Source: Neoechinorhynchus agilis (Eukaryota; Animalia; Acanthocephala). From it: DNA of 64,000 nucleotides. The stretch covers positions 310,001-374,000 of the forward strand of contig CM121341.1 in assembly GCA_051530055.1 (NCBI GenBank), written 5' to 3'. The notes beneath the pieces are model-generated. The model was not told the origin of the DNA and made no database searches. It worked only from the letters and a program-made list of their open reading frames with translations. Positions 45,406-56,099 of the stretch are shown here, one piece after another. Within the stretch, counting starts at the first letter, position 1; each line of letters opens with the position of its first letter. A program made the translations under genes and the position numbers.

Positions 45406-48390
45406 ATGTGCAAAATTGCGGCCATTGGAAAGACAAAATTTCGCTTATTTAACGAACATCTGGCAAAAGTTCACGGAATTACTGGTCTTGTATGGCGGTG
45501 CCCGATATGTACAAAGTATGAACACTGTGAACATCGTAGCATGTCCGTTCATCTGAGAAAGTGCCAATCGAATTATCCTGACAAGTACCGATTTCTACTC
45601 GATGATATATGCAAATCAAGTGTTCACATTAATGTTTTTGCTAGTCAATCGTCCGTGTTGTACATACCCGGCGATGACAAACCAATTGAATGTTTGCTTT
45701 GCGACTACTCTGTGATTGGAACTGGGAAGTTCAATTCGATGGAACATCACTTAACCTCGATTCACAGAGTGACGGACTGCCGATTTCGATGCGGATTGTG
45801 TCTCGCAAATTTTGGAACTCTACCTCAAGTACGTAGTCATTACAATCATTGCCGAACGAATATGGGGAATAGCAGCTCTAATGGTCCTATGGAGTCAAAA
45901 GAAAAGCTCGATGGCACTAGTACTGATATTCATCACTCAATGATTGACAAAGCGGATTACAGTAGCAAGTCAAATGGTGCATCCGATTTTCCTAGCGAGC
46001 CAAAAACAAATTATAACGACGCGAGCGATATCGAATCTGTTTATTCTACTCAAACACGAGATGAGAATTTATGTCTCAATAATCCGAATCGTAAAAGTCG
46101 GAACAGCGTTCTGCAAAATGAATACAGAACCGATGCAAGTGCTACAGCTACATTCGTTAATGGGCATATTGAATTACCTACCTCGTCGTTCCGGCCTACA
46201 AACGATCACACCGAACGAAATGAATTGCCTACCTCAACGCTCCGGTCTACGTACGACCATGTTGAACGGATGGTATTGTGTACCCCTTCGCAACGTCGTG
46301 CGGACGACCATGTTATAAATATCGAATTGTCTACCTCATCACACCAGCCTACGTATGATTACGTTGAGCAAACGGATAGGTCTACCTCATATAACCGGCC
46401 TTCAACTGCAGAATATTCTCAGAATGTAAACGATATCACAGATAAATTGGAAACGCATCATGGTATCAACCCTAATGATTTAAATGATAATGCCCAAAAC
46501 TGTTCTCAAATCGAAGTCGCCTACCCTCTTGAATCGGAAAAGCCCCTCGAATGTCCAATTTGTTCTTTGAATGTTGTTGGAAAGACAAGACACCGGATTT
46601 TTCTTAATCATTTGGAAAAAGTTCACAATAAGTTATCAGTCTCCTGGATATGCCAACTTTGTAAATCCTTTAGTAGTGAAGTTCCGGGGAGTGTCGGCTC
46701 TCATTATCGACGGTGCAAGGCTGTAAAGGTTAAAGAGTACAAGGAATTACTAGCGAGCAGTACAAAAGATGCTGTTCTTAAGAAAACAAATTCCACAGTT
46801 GAAATCGTGTATACCGGAAACGAATTTCCAGCACTTTGTTCGCTCTGCCAGATTTGCTATCTTGGTCAAGGACAGTGGAACGAGATCGAGCGGCACATTC
46901 GTTCTGATCATGGCAGCACGCGCGTTTTGTTTCTATGTGGCAATTGCAAAGTTGAATCCTCGGAAAACTCATTTAGCGCCCGATCGCATCTCACGCAATG
47001 CACGAAAAGGCTTCGGTTTTCAGAGAATACACAACATGCTAAAAAGGAAGATTCTCGTACACCTATTGACGAAAACTCATTTGCCTCGGATCACCTGCGA
47101 AACAACCTCAATATTAACTTCCCTATCACCGAACCAGACATCCCTACTTCTACAATAGCTGTGAACGAGGTTGAATATGGTACGTGCACTACCGCGAGTC
47201 AAATCAGTGTACCCCGCGAAGTACTATACGAAGCATGCAACAACGAACATCAGCCCTTATCTTCATTCGACGGTCTTGACAATATACAGGAAACCATCAC
47301 AAACTATCTTCCCTCGGAACCTCTGTGCGCAAGTCACGAGCCTCTTCAAGCTGTGGAAAAGGACAACGAGGAACTTCAGCATACACGCGCAATCTCAGAA
47401 GCTCCAGTTTCTACCCCACAGTTTTTTTTCGAAACCCCTGGGGACTGTCCTAGTAACAACAACCTTCACGCGCGACGGTCTATTGAACACTTTTCAACAA
47501 CAGAAGGACTGAGTGCAGGAGAATTCTCGACGCAAGAAGCCTTCGAATTCTTCAGCCAACCGCTTCAAAGACAAGATCTTCATCCTCGGTATCGGGAATT
47601 TCTAGAACAGGCGAGCTCAGCAATGCGTGAAATTGACGGACCTATTTCAAAAGACGTAATCGACGATATGTTAAATCGATACGTCACGTATCTTAAATGC
47701 GGACGGATTTCTAACAAAGAGGCTGCGCCGATGTCAATCGCACGATACCGTGGTCTCAAAATCATTAAGCTCAGAAAGTCCTCAACGATGACTATGGCTA
47801 CTGTCGCATTCCATGTTTTTAAAAATCCAACAATGTGGCGGAAAGTACAATCCACAATGGCCAACGAAATGAACTATCAGAGCATGCTATTTGAGCGAAT
47901 CGCAACAAACGTCGATGATGCAAACGCCAGTCTTTTTGACTTGATGAGCGCACTCAAACAAAATCGTGAGTTATCATCTGAGTTTATACTGTATAGTGCA
48001 GCTTCAGCGTTCAAATGCGACTTTGTTGTACACAAGCCAACATCTGACAAACCAAAACGAATACGCTCCCACCTGGTTACTAACAAATCTTATAATGTCT
48101 GGATAGACGAATCGGGCTGCTATCCATGCGAGAGGTCACGAGCGCTCAATGTTCAGCAATCCCGCCAATTAACTCGCCGACGATACCGCGCGATGTATTT
48201 CAATAATACGAGTCGACTTGCGAACTTAGTATTTAATGACAATACTGCCAATCAGATGAATACTTTCGCAAAACTTTTCAAGGCAACTCGGAACTTGCTG
48301 CTACCCCAAATGACTATAGAGAATCAAGTAACGTGCCCAAATCGGAACTATGGCCAGCGGCTACGGTCGAAGAAATCAGAGCAGCAATAA
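45406..48390 (+). CDS. R2 copy F N-terminal region: 2 x (CCHH-CCHC-CCHH-CCHC) fingers, S/T-rich linkers, OTU-like domain, pre-RT region
   Basis: Finger cassettes at ~45400-45852 and ~46552-47001; the frame is open from 45325 with no upstream ATG. Confidence 0.85.
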   Translation: MCKIAAIGKTKFRLFNEHLAKVHGITGLVWRCPICTKYEHCEHRSMSVHLRKCQSNYPDKYRFLLDDICKSSVHINVFASQSSVLYIPGDDKPIECLLCDYSVIGTGKFNSMEHHLTSIHRVTDCRFRCGLCLANFGTLPQVRSHYNHCRTNMGNSSSNGPMESKEKLDGTSTDIHHSMIDKADYSSKSNGASDFPSEPKTNYNDASDIESVYSTQTRDENLCLNNPNRKSRNSVLQNEYRTDASATATFVNGHIELPTSSFRPTNDHTERNELPTSTLRSTYDHVERMVLCTPSQRRADDHVINIELSTSSHQPTYDYVEQTDRSTSYNRPSTAEYSQNVNDITDKLETHHGINPNDLNDNAQNCSQIEVAYPLESEKPLECPICSLNVVGKTRHRIFLNHLEKVHNKLSVSWICQLCKSFSSEVPGSVGSHYRRCKAVKVKEYKELLASSTKDAVLKKTNSTVEIVYTGNEFPALCSLCQICYLGQGQWNEIERHIRSDHGSTRVLFLCGNCKVESSENSFSARSHLTQCTKRLRFSENTQHAKKEDSRTPIDENSFASDHLRNNLNINFPITEPDIPTSTIAVNEVEYGTCTTASQISVPREVLYEACNNEHQPLSSFDGLDNIQETITNYLPSEPLCASHEPLQAVEKDNEELQHTRAISEAPVSTPQFFFETPGDCPSNNNLHARRSIEHFSTTEGLSAGEFSTQEAFEFFSQPLQRQDLHPRYREFLEQASSAMREIDGPISKDVIDDMLNRYVTYLKCGRISNKEAAPMSIARYRGLKIIKLRKSSTMTMATVAFHVFKNPTMWRKVQSTMANEMNYQSMLFERIATNVDDANASLFDLMSALKQNRELSSEFILYSAASAFKCDFVVHKPTSDKPKRIRSHLVTNKSYNVWIDESGCYPCERSRALNVQQSRQLTRRRYRAMYFNNTSRLANLVFNDNTANQMNTFAKLFKATRNLLLPQMTIENQVTCPNRNYGQRLRSKKSEQQ

Positions 48391-48887
48391 AGGGTATAAA
48401 GTCGAACAGCGCATTGGGTCCAGATAAAGTATCTATTCGAGAAATTCTCGCGTTCGACAGAGATCTTATTGGATTGACGACCTTGATAAATTCAATCATC
48501 AGTGTTGGAATACCACCAACTGAGTTGCTCGAGTATAAGACAATTCTTCTGCCCAAAAATGGTAAAGATAGCACAGCCCTAAAATCAGTCGTAAATTGGA
48601 GGCCAATAACAATCTCCTCAGTTATTTTGAGGATCTAACACCGTCTTATTTTAGCAAGGCTTCGAAAGGAAATGAAACTACATAGCAGTCAAACAGCGTT
48701 CGAAAGCGCCGCCTGCAATTCTAATCTCCTCCTACTAAGGACGCTCATTAAGCAAAAGCGACAAGATAAGAAACCCCTCGCACTGGCCGTCCTGGACATC
48801 AAATCAGCATTTGACACGGTTAGTCACAAAACCATAAGCTAAGCGCTAATCGAACATGGTTGTCCACAATACTTACGGCAGTATCTG

Positions 48888-50543
48888 ATGGACGTGTTCT
48901 CGTCTTCACATACCCGGCTCCATCTTCCCAACTCAAGACCATCAGAACCTATCCACTTTCGTCGAGGAGTGAAACAAGGTGACCCACTGTCGCCGTTCAT
49001 CTTTGCTTTGTGCATCGATAAAGCGCTACAAAAAGTCAGCGATTTAGGCCTCGGGACCTCAATAAGAACCTGCCGTTTAAGTCAGCTGGTGTACGCGGAC
49101 GACATCCTACTAACGTCTGACAGTACCGACGACCTTCAAATTATGCTAGATTGTATCAACACGGAGCTGAACGATATTGGCCTATCGCTCTCCGCCGGAA
49201 AATGCCGAACGTACAATCACACATTCAAAAACAGCAAATTAGAAATCAATACTCGGCCAAAAGTACAGATAAAAGAACAACTAATTGAGATAATAGTCGA
49301 CGGTGACCCTGTTACGTACTTAGGCGGAACACCTTGGAAAGAGACAGACATGCAGCTTGTTACAAATGAATTGGATAAGCTCTTCAAGTGCACTAAAGAT
49401 GCAGGATTGAGCCCGACACAAGCTGCACACCTCATAAACGATTACGGGCTTCCGCGCCTTGTTTCGCGAATTCAAGCCGCTCATGATATATCGATTACAA
49501 CGCTCGACGCGATAGAACAGCAGTGGAGAACAAAACTAAAGAAACTTCTATATCTTCCCCTTTCGTTAAACGACGGAGTAATTTTCCTTCCCCTGAGTAA
49601 AGGCGGACTTGGATTCAATTCAATAAAACAATCCGTCATGGCATCGAGAATGAAGAGCTTCCGTGAGGCCAAATTGAGAATCCCCGAACTGGAGCTATTG
49701 GACAAAAATTTTGGAAAAGTTATAAAATACTGCACGGAAATCGGGGCTGCAAACCTAAGCGAAAGGAAGTGCGACATCCACAAAGCGCATGAGATTGACA
49801 ATATCTTAAAATGGCGAAAAGCGGTGACCCAATCACAAGGGATCGAGTGCTTCACCGCTGGCACAATTGATCGAAGTCTCATTTCATTTCGGTACAGAAA
49901 AGATCACCATAAAAATTACACCGAAAAAGTCAAAATGCGACTTCAACTACTAGAGGTTGGAGCGACTTTAGCGAAGTATGACCAAGAAAGAACAAAACGG
50001 TGTCGCCACTGTTCAGCTCCGGTCGAATCACAACTTCATGTCTTAAATGACTGCCCACACAATACGGGCATGATGACAGAACGCCATGATGCCGTTCAAA
50101 AACGTTTCATCTGGGCTCTACAGAAACGAGGAGGCTCTCGGTGGGAACTGCACACCGATAACCGTATCCACGATCCAGGTGGTCAGCTGTACAAACCCGA
50201 CCTTATCATAATAGATAAGCAGAAAAACGAAGCCCTCATTACAGACTTTGCTGTCTATTATGAAACCGATAGGGATCGCCCAGAAGCAGTGATGCAACAC
50301 AAGGAAATAAAGTACGCAACAATCAAAGGAAAGGTAGCTGAGCAACACGCAATCCCGATATATAACGTCAAAACAATAGGCATTGCGGTTGGATCAAGAG
50401 GTTCATACTCTAACGAGCTGCTCAAACGATTGCGAACTTTCGGACTATCATACAAAACAGCGATCAACATGGCAAGAACAGCGCACGACAAGTCGATCAA
50501 ATTGTTTCATACATTCATGGGTCGTCGATGGACGCTGCGATAG
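48888..50543 (+). CDS. R2 copy F RT C-half, zinc knuckle and endonuclease
   Basis: GVKQGDPLSPFIF, YADDILL, YLGG, CRHCSAPVESQLHVLNDC, ERHD, YKPDLII. Confidence 0.92.
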   Translation: MDVFSSSHTRLHLPNSRPSEPIHFRRGVKQGDPLSPFIFALCIDKALQKVSDLGLGTSIRTCRLSQLVYADDILLTSDSTDDLQIMLDCINTELNDIGLSLSAGKCRTYNHTFKNSKLEINTRPKVQIKEQLIEIIVDGDPVTYLGGTPWKETDMQLVTNELDKLFKCTKDAGLSPTQAAHLINDYGLPRLVSRIQAAHDISITTLDAIEQQWRTKLKKLLYLPLSLNDGVIFLPLSKGGLGFNSIKQSVMASRMKSFREAKLRIPELELLDKNFGKVIKYCTEIGAANLSERKCDIHKAHEIDNILKWRKAVTQSQGIECFTAGTIDRSLISFRYRKDHHKNYTEKVKMRLQLLEVGATLAKYDQERTKRCRHCSAPVESQLHVLNDCPHNTGMMTERHDAVQKRFIWALQKRGGSRWELHTDNRIHDPGGQLYKPDLIIIDKQKNEALITDFAVYYETDRDRPEAVMQHKEIKYATIKGKVAEQHAIPIYNVKTIGIAVGSRGSYSNELLKRLRTFGLSYKTAINMARTAHDKSIKLFHTFMGRRWTLR

Positions 50544-50632
50544 CTGAATTCCAAAGACCAATAGAAAAGATTAACATTGCAAACATACAGAAAAACGATT
50601 GAAAACGAATACGAACGGAAGATATTATCTAA

Positions 50633-51062
50633 ACTATTGTAAAACTAAGTTTAAGACAAAGATTCCCAGGACACAAAGAAACTATTGAAACTAAAGAAAG
50701 CTTATCAGTTTACCCCCATCCGCCGGGTACGAAGCGCTTCTTCGCTTTAGATGGCGATCTTCCAAACAATCAACCAACTGTTTCAACTGCTGATTCGACT
50801 TATTTTTTCACCCAAAAGACAGAAAAGTCGAGTGTTAACCCCACATCGACCGGAAGCGAAGCGCATTTTTCAGATGACGCTTTTCCCGATGATATGGAAG
50901 CCGAACCGCGTTTGAGTGTGACAATAGCAATAACATCATCACATTTTTCAACTTCTGATCGCCCAAACTTGTCCGATGAACTAACTTCGCCGGTGCAAAG
51001 CGGTCAAAGTGGATTTATACAGAAACTTACTAGCAAACCGCAAGAAGGACGTCTTACTTGAG
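50633..51062 (+). mobile_element. Probable 5' region of another R2-family copy (H), head-to-tail behind copy F
   Basis: VYPHPPGTKRFFALD matches the 5' motif in copies B, D and E; open S/T-rich frame to ~51062. Confidence 0.5.
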
Positions 51063-51094
51063 CAAACAATTTTAATCGTTCAGATCGTGTATTG

Positions 51095-51520
51095 CACGTT
51101 CATTGAGGCTCCTAGGTACCATCACAGGTCCTCGGTACAAAGGTTAAAACAAACCATCAGCTCCAAAATCGCTCAATTCATCAGCGAACAAAACAGAGCG
51201 ATGCGCGGAATGTACAAGCAGCAATAAGAAACAGACGGCGATTTGCAATGTACAAAAAACGGAAGAAATATAGTCCGTGAAATTATTTGGCGCACGTTTA
51301 AATTTTAATCTTCATTTTTTAATCGAAATAATTTGTGACATGCTCGAAGTCTTGAAATAATCATGGATTTTATTCTTTTTTAAGGTATTCCATGAAAAAT
51401 ATTCATTATTGAATTAAAGTGCAGTTTTAAGTTTCTCCGAATGAAAATTTATAATCGATTTGTAAAGCTGGCAGCATATAAAATATGTTTTCAGCCAGAT
51501 GGAACGATTGGTGAAAAAGG
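51095..51520 (+). repeat. Third copy of an unclassified dispersed repeat (also at 5738-6240 and 16530-16943)
   Basis: CACGTTCATTGAGGCTCC...GAAATTATTTGGCGCACGTTTAAATTTTAATC is shared. Confidence 0.85.
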
Positions 51521-51819
51521 ACTTAGTTTCAAAAAACTTGCAAGCTTACTTTGCAGCGGAGGATGACAAACGGACGCCTTATCTTAAAAAGGTTCACTTA
51601 ATCCCGGAGTAAGAATGCAATTGCTCGCTCTCCTTAATTCGAATACAGAAATCAGCTCCTTGAAAAAGATGCCCAACTCGAAGGACCTCCTACCCAATAG
51701 ACATTTTCGAACGTAAATCGGAAGGCCTATTTTTTCTGATTCCGCCGATCAATCTTCTCCTTGACACATGCTTTAAATTTGGTCGTGGCGCCTGGCAAAT
51801 CAAATGCTTGAAATTCTTT

Positions 51820-52078
51820 GCTAAACAATAGATTACAAGTTATCGAAATAGGGAGCATCACCCGAACACCTTAGCAATCAACAAGAGAGTTCTCGAAGAG
51901 CTGTTTTCTCCCCCATTCTTTTCAACGTTTTTTTGAACGATCTTATTCCACCCTCTTCTTATTCTAAATACTTCTTGTATGCTGATGATCTTACAATCAT
52001 TACGTATGCACCGGGTCCCCTCTCACTCTCAATTACTTCTAGCGAGATTTCTCACGTTCAAGCATTTTGCCCCTCTAA
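51820..52078 (+). mobile_element. CR1/L2-like RT fragment
   Basis: LNDLIPPSSYSKYFLYADDLTII matches 33177-33653. Confidence 0.75.
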
Positions 52079-55000
52079 ATTGTATTGTATTGTATGCAAC
52101 GGTACCTTCCTACGTTGCACCGTAGGTATAAGCCCGTCAAATAGAATTAGACTCCGCGAGGGATCTAAAATACACGACAGCAGTCCTGTTATGCGGGCAA
52201 TTCGCGTCTCTTAAAATCAGGTCATCATATGTACGACAGTTTCCTTTGCCTTTACGATACAATGTCGTTGGCTTCCAGAAAAGGAACTGTTGCACGACCT
52301 GTGGGCAAGATGCCTCGGGCCGAATTATATTGCCCGGCAACTGCAGTCGTCTGCGGCGCAAATATTCACTGCGCGGTTGGACTCCGGCTCTCATATACAG
52401 TGCTTTGTTGGTCACTTTATCTGACCATCTGACCTTGAACGCCGCACGTAAGAGAAATGAATGATTTTAGTCCAACTGCCTCGTCGCCGTTGGTAACAGT
52501 GTCCAGGTCTCTGCAATGTAGTAGACAATGCTCTCAATTAGAGTCCTGAACAGCTGCGAACGGAGTTCATCTGGCAAAGACTCACTGTCAAACAGTGGCT
52601 TAAGTTGCCCCATCGCTCTCCAAGCTATAGCTCTCCGTCGGCTGACATCCGCACTCACCGCAGGAACGACAGTTCCCAGATAGACATACCGCTCTATCTG
52701 TTTTAATTGCTCAACGCCATTCGGCCCTTCGCCAGAGACTGCATGCGCGACATGCGGAATCGTCAAGAATTCCGTCTTTTTCGAGTTGATCGTCATACCA
52801 ATCATACTCGCCCTCTCGCACAGTCTATTTAGCATGCGTTGAGCTCCTTCGACTGTTGAGGACATCAATACGGTGTCGTCGGCATATGCCATGTAGGAGG
52901 CGCGTATCTCAGGATACCTGCGACCTCTTTCCCTCAACAGAAGAAATCCATCTTCATCATTCGGTAGTGCCCATCTCATTACCCAATCAAGCACCAAGAT
53001 GAAGAGGAAAGGAGCCAATGTGTCGCCCTGCAAAACACTTGAATTGGTGGAAAAGTATTCCGTCAAACCATCAGCTGTCTTGACGGCGGACCTTGTGTTA
53101 TTTTATAATGCCATAGCGGATGTGACAATGATCGGCGGCACTCCATACTCCTTTAAGATACCGCCAATCATCGTTCGATTTGCCGAATCGAAAGCTCGAC
53201 GGAAATCAACAAATACCAGCGTTACATCCGTTTGATGAATTCGTGCCTCCTCGAGGATCCTCCTCAAAGCCAATATGTGCTCTGTGGTGCCTCGCCCTTT
53301 CCTGAAGCCGTTCTGTTCAATTCTTAGAAACGGTTCGAGGATTGGCTGAATTCGGCGTCTCAAAATGCTGCCGAAAAGTTTTGCCGTGTTGGACATCAAA
53401 GATATATCTCTGTAGTCCTCCACCTTTGTCGAACAGCATTTCTTGGGGATCATTGTTAAATGCGCCTTTTGCCAGATTTGAGGTACTGAGCCACCATTCA
53501 TTATGCCATTCATTATCGGTATGATCTTTCCGGCAATAGATTCAAACCTCAGTACCTCTGCCATTATCCCACCTGGGCCTGATGCACGTCCCGCACGCAT
53601 CATTTTCGCCGCAGCGATCGCTTCCTTCACGGAAATCGGTCCAGTGAAGTATGCCTCAGTGCAAGGGACGATTGTGCCTTTTGGAAGTGCAGGATTCACT
53701 TCCAAAGACGATAATGGCGAATTGAGAATTTCCGCAAAATAATTTGCGATTCTCTTTTTTTCTGATTTCCGGGGAGGGACGTTCAATCAAAGTTGGCTGT
53801 CTTTGGGGTCTTCCTGTGATAATGTTTATCGCTCTCCATGCCAAGGAGGTACGAACAAAACCTTCCTTATATGCGATCCCACGAACTGCATCCTCTGTCG
53901 AAGCCTTTTGCTTTTCATTATAGAGGTTGGCAAGTTCAAGACTTGTAATGGGAGCCTCAGATCGTTTTCCTCTTTTTCTTAGAGTTTTGATCTGCTCAGC
54001 CATTGCCATAAATTCACAGTCCTCCTGCCATCTTTTATACGCCTCATTTTTGGGAGGGTTTTCTCGGCCGCTTCGGTCACTGCGTCGCGGATTGACTTGT
54101 AATAAAAATCAATATCCGTTTCAGCAGCTGGCATCGAGCTCAGTTGATTCTCTAGTTCGATATCGACCTCTTTCCTCTTCTCCTCATTAGCGAGGGCGCC
54201 ATAGAACGGACGTGGAGGATGTTGAGGCGTACGGAACAACGAGTCTCTCATGCTCAAATGACACATCACCAACTTGTGGTCAGTTGGCAGCCCATCAACT
54301 GTGAATGTGTCAGCGTTTTTGACCCGACATTTTTCCCTACGTCTCAACAATATATGGTCAAGCTGAGCTAAGCGTCTCATGGGATTTTTTCCCATGACAT
54401 GTTTGGACCGATTCTTTTAACCCATAAACGACGCAAAAACGCCACGGACGCTTCCGGAATAAAGTGTTAGCAGACACGAGATCATGTCGCTCCAGCGCCT
54501 CAACGAAGTACCGGCTGTTCCGATTCTCGCCTTTCAACACATATTGCGATCTTTCGGAATGCGGTAAAATTGCGTTGAAGTCACCGGCTATTAGGAGGGT
54601 GTCTCTGTTCGGTACATTATCTAATGCTTCGGCTAGATTTCCATAAAATCCTTCAACCGCCTCTTCATCCGACGAGAAGGTCAGTGAATATACGCCAAAA
54701 GCATAGAGATTTCTCGACCGAAGCTTTATGCTGACACGAAGGATTCGGTCAGTTATAGTACTGCATAGTGCCGAGTTTCGGAGGCGGGGTGATAAACAAA
54801 CGCCTACACCTCTATTTCCTCGACTGCCCGCAGATAGGTAAGATAATGAACAGCCTCCTCCTAAACCCTCCTGGTTTACGTCTGTGTCTGACTGGCCGCT
54901 TATGCGCAATTCTTGTAAAAACACAAGATCCATTCTGGCGTCCCTTGCCAATTTGGCCAGGGTTTCCCTACACCATTGCGCTCGCAGACTCCTACAATTC

Positions 55001-55320
55001 AAGGATCCGATTCGTAATTCTCTCCTATCTAAAATAGCTGGGTCAAAGGGCTTACGGCTGTCAGCACCACCTGAACAGTCCGTACCCAACACGGTGATGA
55101 GCTTCAACTGACGCTTTCGTTGCCTCCGGCGACAGTTTCGCTCATTTCGACGCTCAAGTCGTCGGCGAGAGCTACGACGCCCTCGCTTTTTCCGTTGCAC
55201 TGGAATATTTAGTTGCTCCCGTTCGCTGCCGCATCGCCAAGTGGAGCGGCACACCGACCCCGCACAGCTGTCTGGCCGCCGGAGTTGCTTCTTTGACGTG
55301 ACCGACAAGAATCAGTAACA
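52079..55320 (-). mobile_element. RTE-clade LINE, near full length but frameshifted
   Basis: APE GSLNCRSL..LQE..GVG..AGDFNA; RT QNGFRKGRGT, VDFRRAFDS, VLQGDTLAPFLF, YADD, YLG; (CAATA)3 tail at ~52080-52095. Confidence 0.9.
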
Positions 55321-55344
55321 TCGAGTCCGATCATCGTAAAAGGT

Positions 55345-55490
55345 GCTTCACTTTAATTTAGACGCGCTTTTGGAAAACATTATCAATCAAATAATAACTC
55401 GAGATTTGAAAACGCATTCGTGTACTCGCTCTTAGTGCTTCGCTTTAATTTAGACGCGCTATTATAAAACATTATCAATACAATAAAAAC
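55345..55490. repeat. About 1.5 copies of the 92-bp unit
   Basis: CTTCACTTTAATTTAGACGCGCTTTTGGAAAACATTATCAATCAAATAATAACTCGAGATTTGAAAACGC. Confidence 0.9.
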
Positions 55491-56099
55491 TAATCAAGTG
55501 CTCTGAAATCGCCCCTCAATCTCAAATAGTCCTTCCGATCAAACGTCAACAAAATTCGATAACATTATTGAAAGCACCGCATCAGAAATACCCAAAAAAC
55601 CTTATTTGGTCTTACCAGCTTAATCCTTATTATTACTATTTGATTCTTGTGTCTTTTATGAAGTTCAACAGGTAAAGAAAAAAAGATGAACGTAGAAACA
55701 AAAAACAGTGTATGCACGTGTATTTAGCGTTAAAAGTTGATAGAGAAAAAGTTATTTAATTATAAATTATTTGATGTTTTGATATCAATAATCACGGTTG
55801 TTTGCCAAACAAACAACCGTTATTATCAATATCAAAACCAGCAATTAATTTGTAGTTAATAAACCTTTCCTTGATCAACATTTAATGCTGATTTAACCCT
55901 CATAGAAAGGGTTTTGTCGCTATGGTCATCTTTCTTTTAGTTTAATTATTGACGTTCATAAAAACATCAGAAATAAATAATTTAAGCGATTAAGCATGTT
56001 TGACCTGGTATGCTTTTTAACGTATATCCGGTGCCGTGATTGCACCGATGTTCTCAAATTTTGTTGACGACTTTTTACGAATCAAACAAATGCGATTTG

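Larger units (their letters stand above)
45323..50630 (+). mobile_element. Long R2-family element (copy F, ~5.3 kb) with eight zinc fingers; frameshift and stops in the RT
   Basis: ORFs 45406-48390, 48333-48638 and 48888-50543; WRPITISSVILRI, LDIKSAFDTVSH, GVKQGDPLSP, YADD, CRHC..H..C, RHD, KPD. Confidence 0.92.

Noticed and set aside
45323-50630. Group I intron or homing endonuclease at 28S +145
   Set aside because: The inserted sequence encodes zinc fingers, a non-LTR RT and a restriction-like endonuclease, and no downstream exon follows
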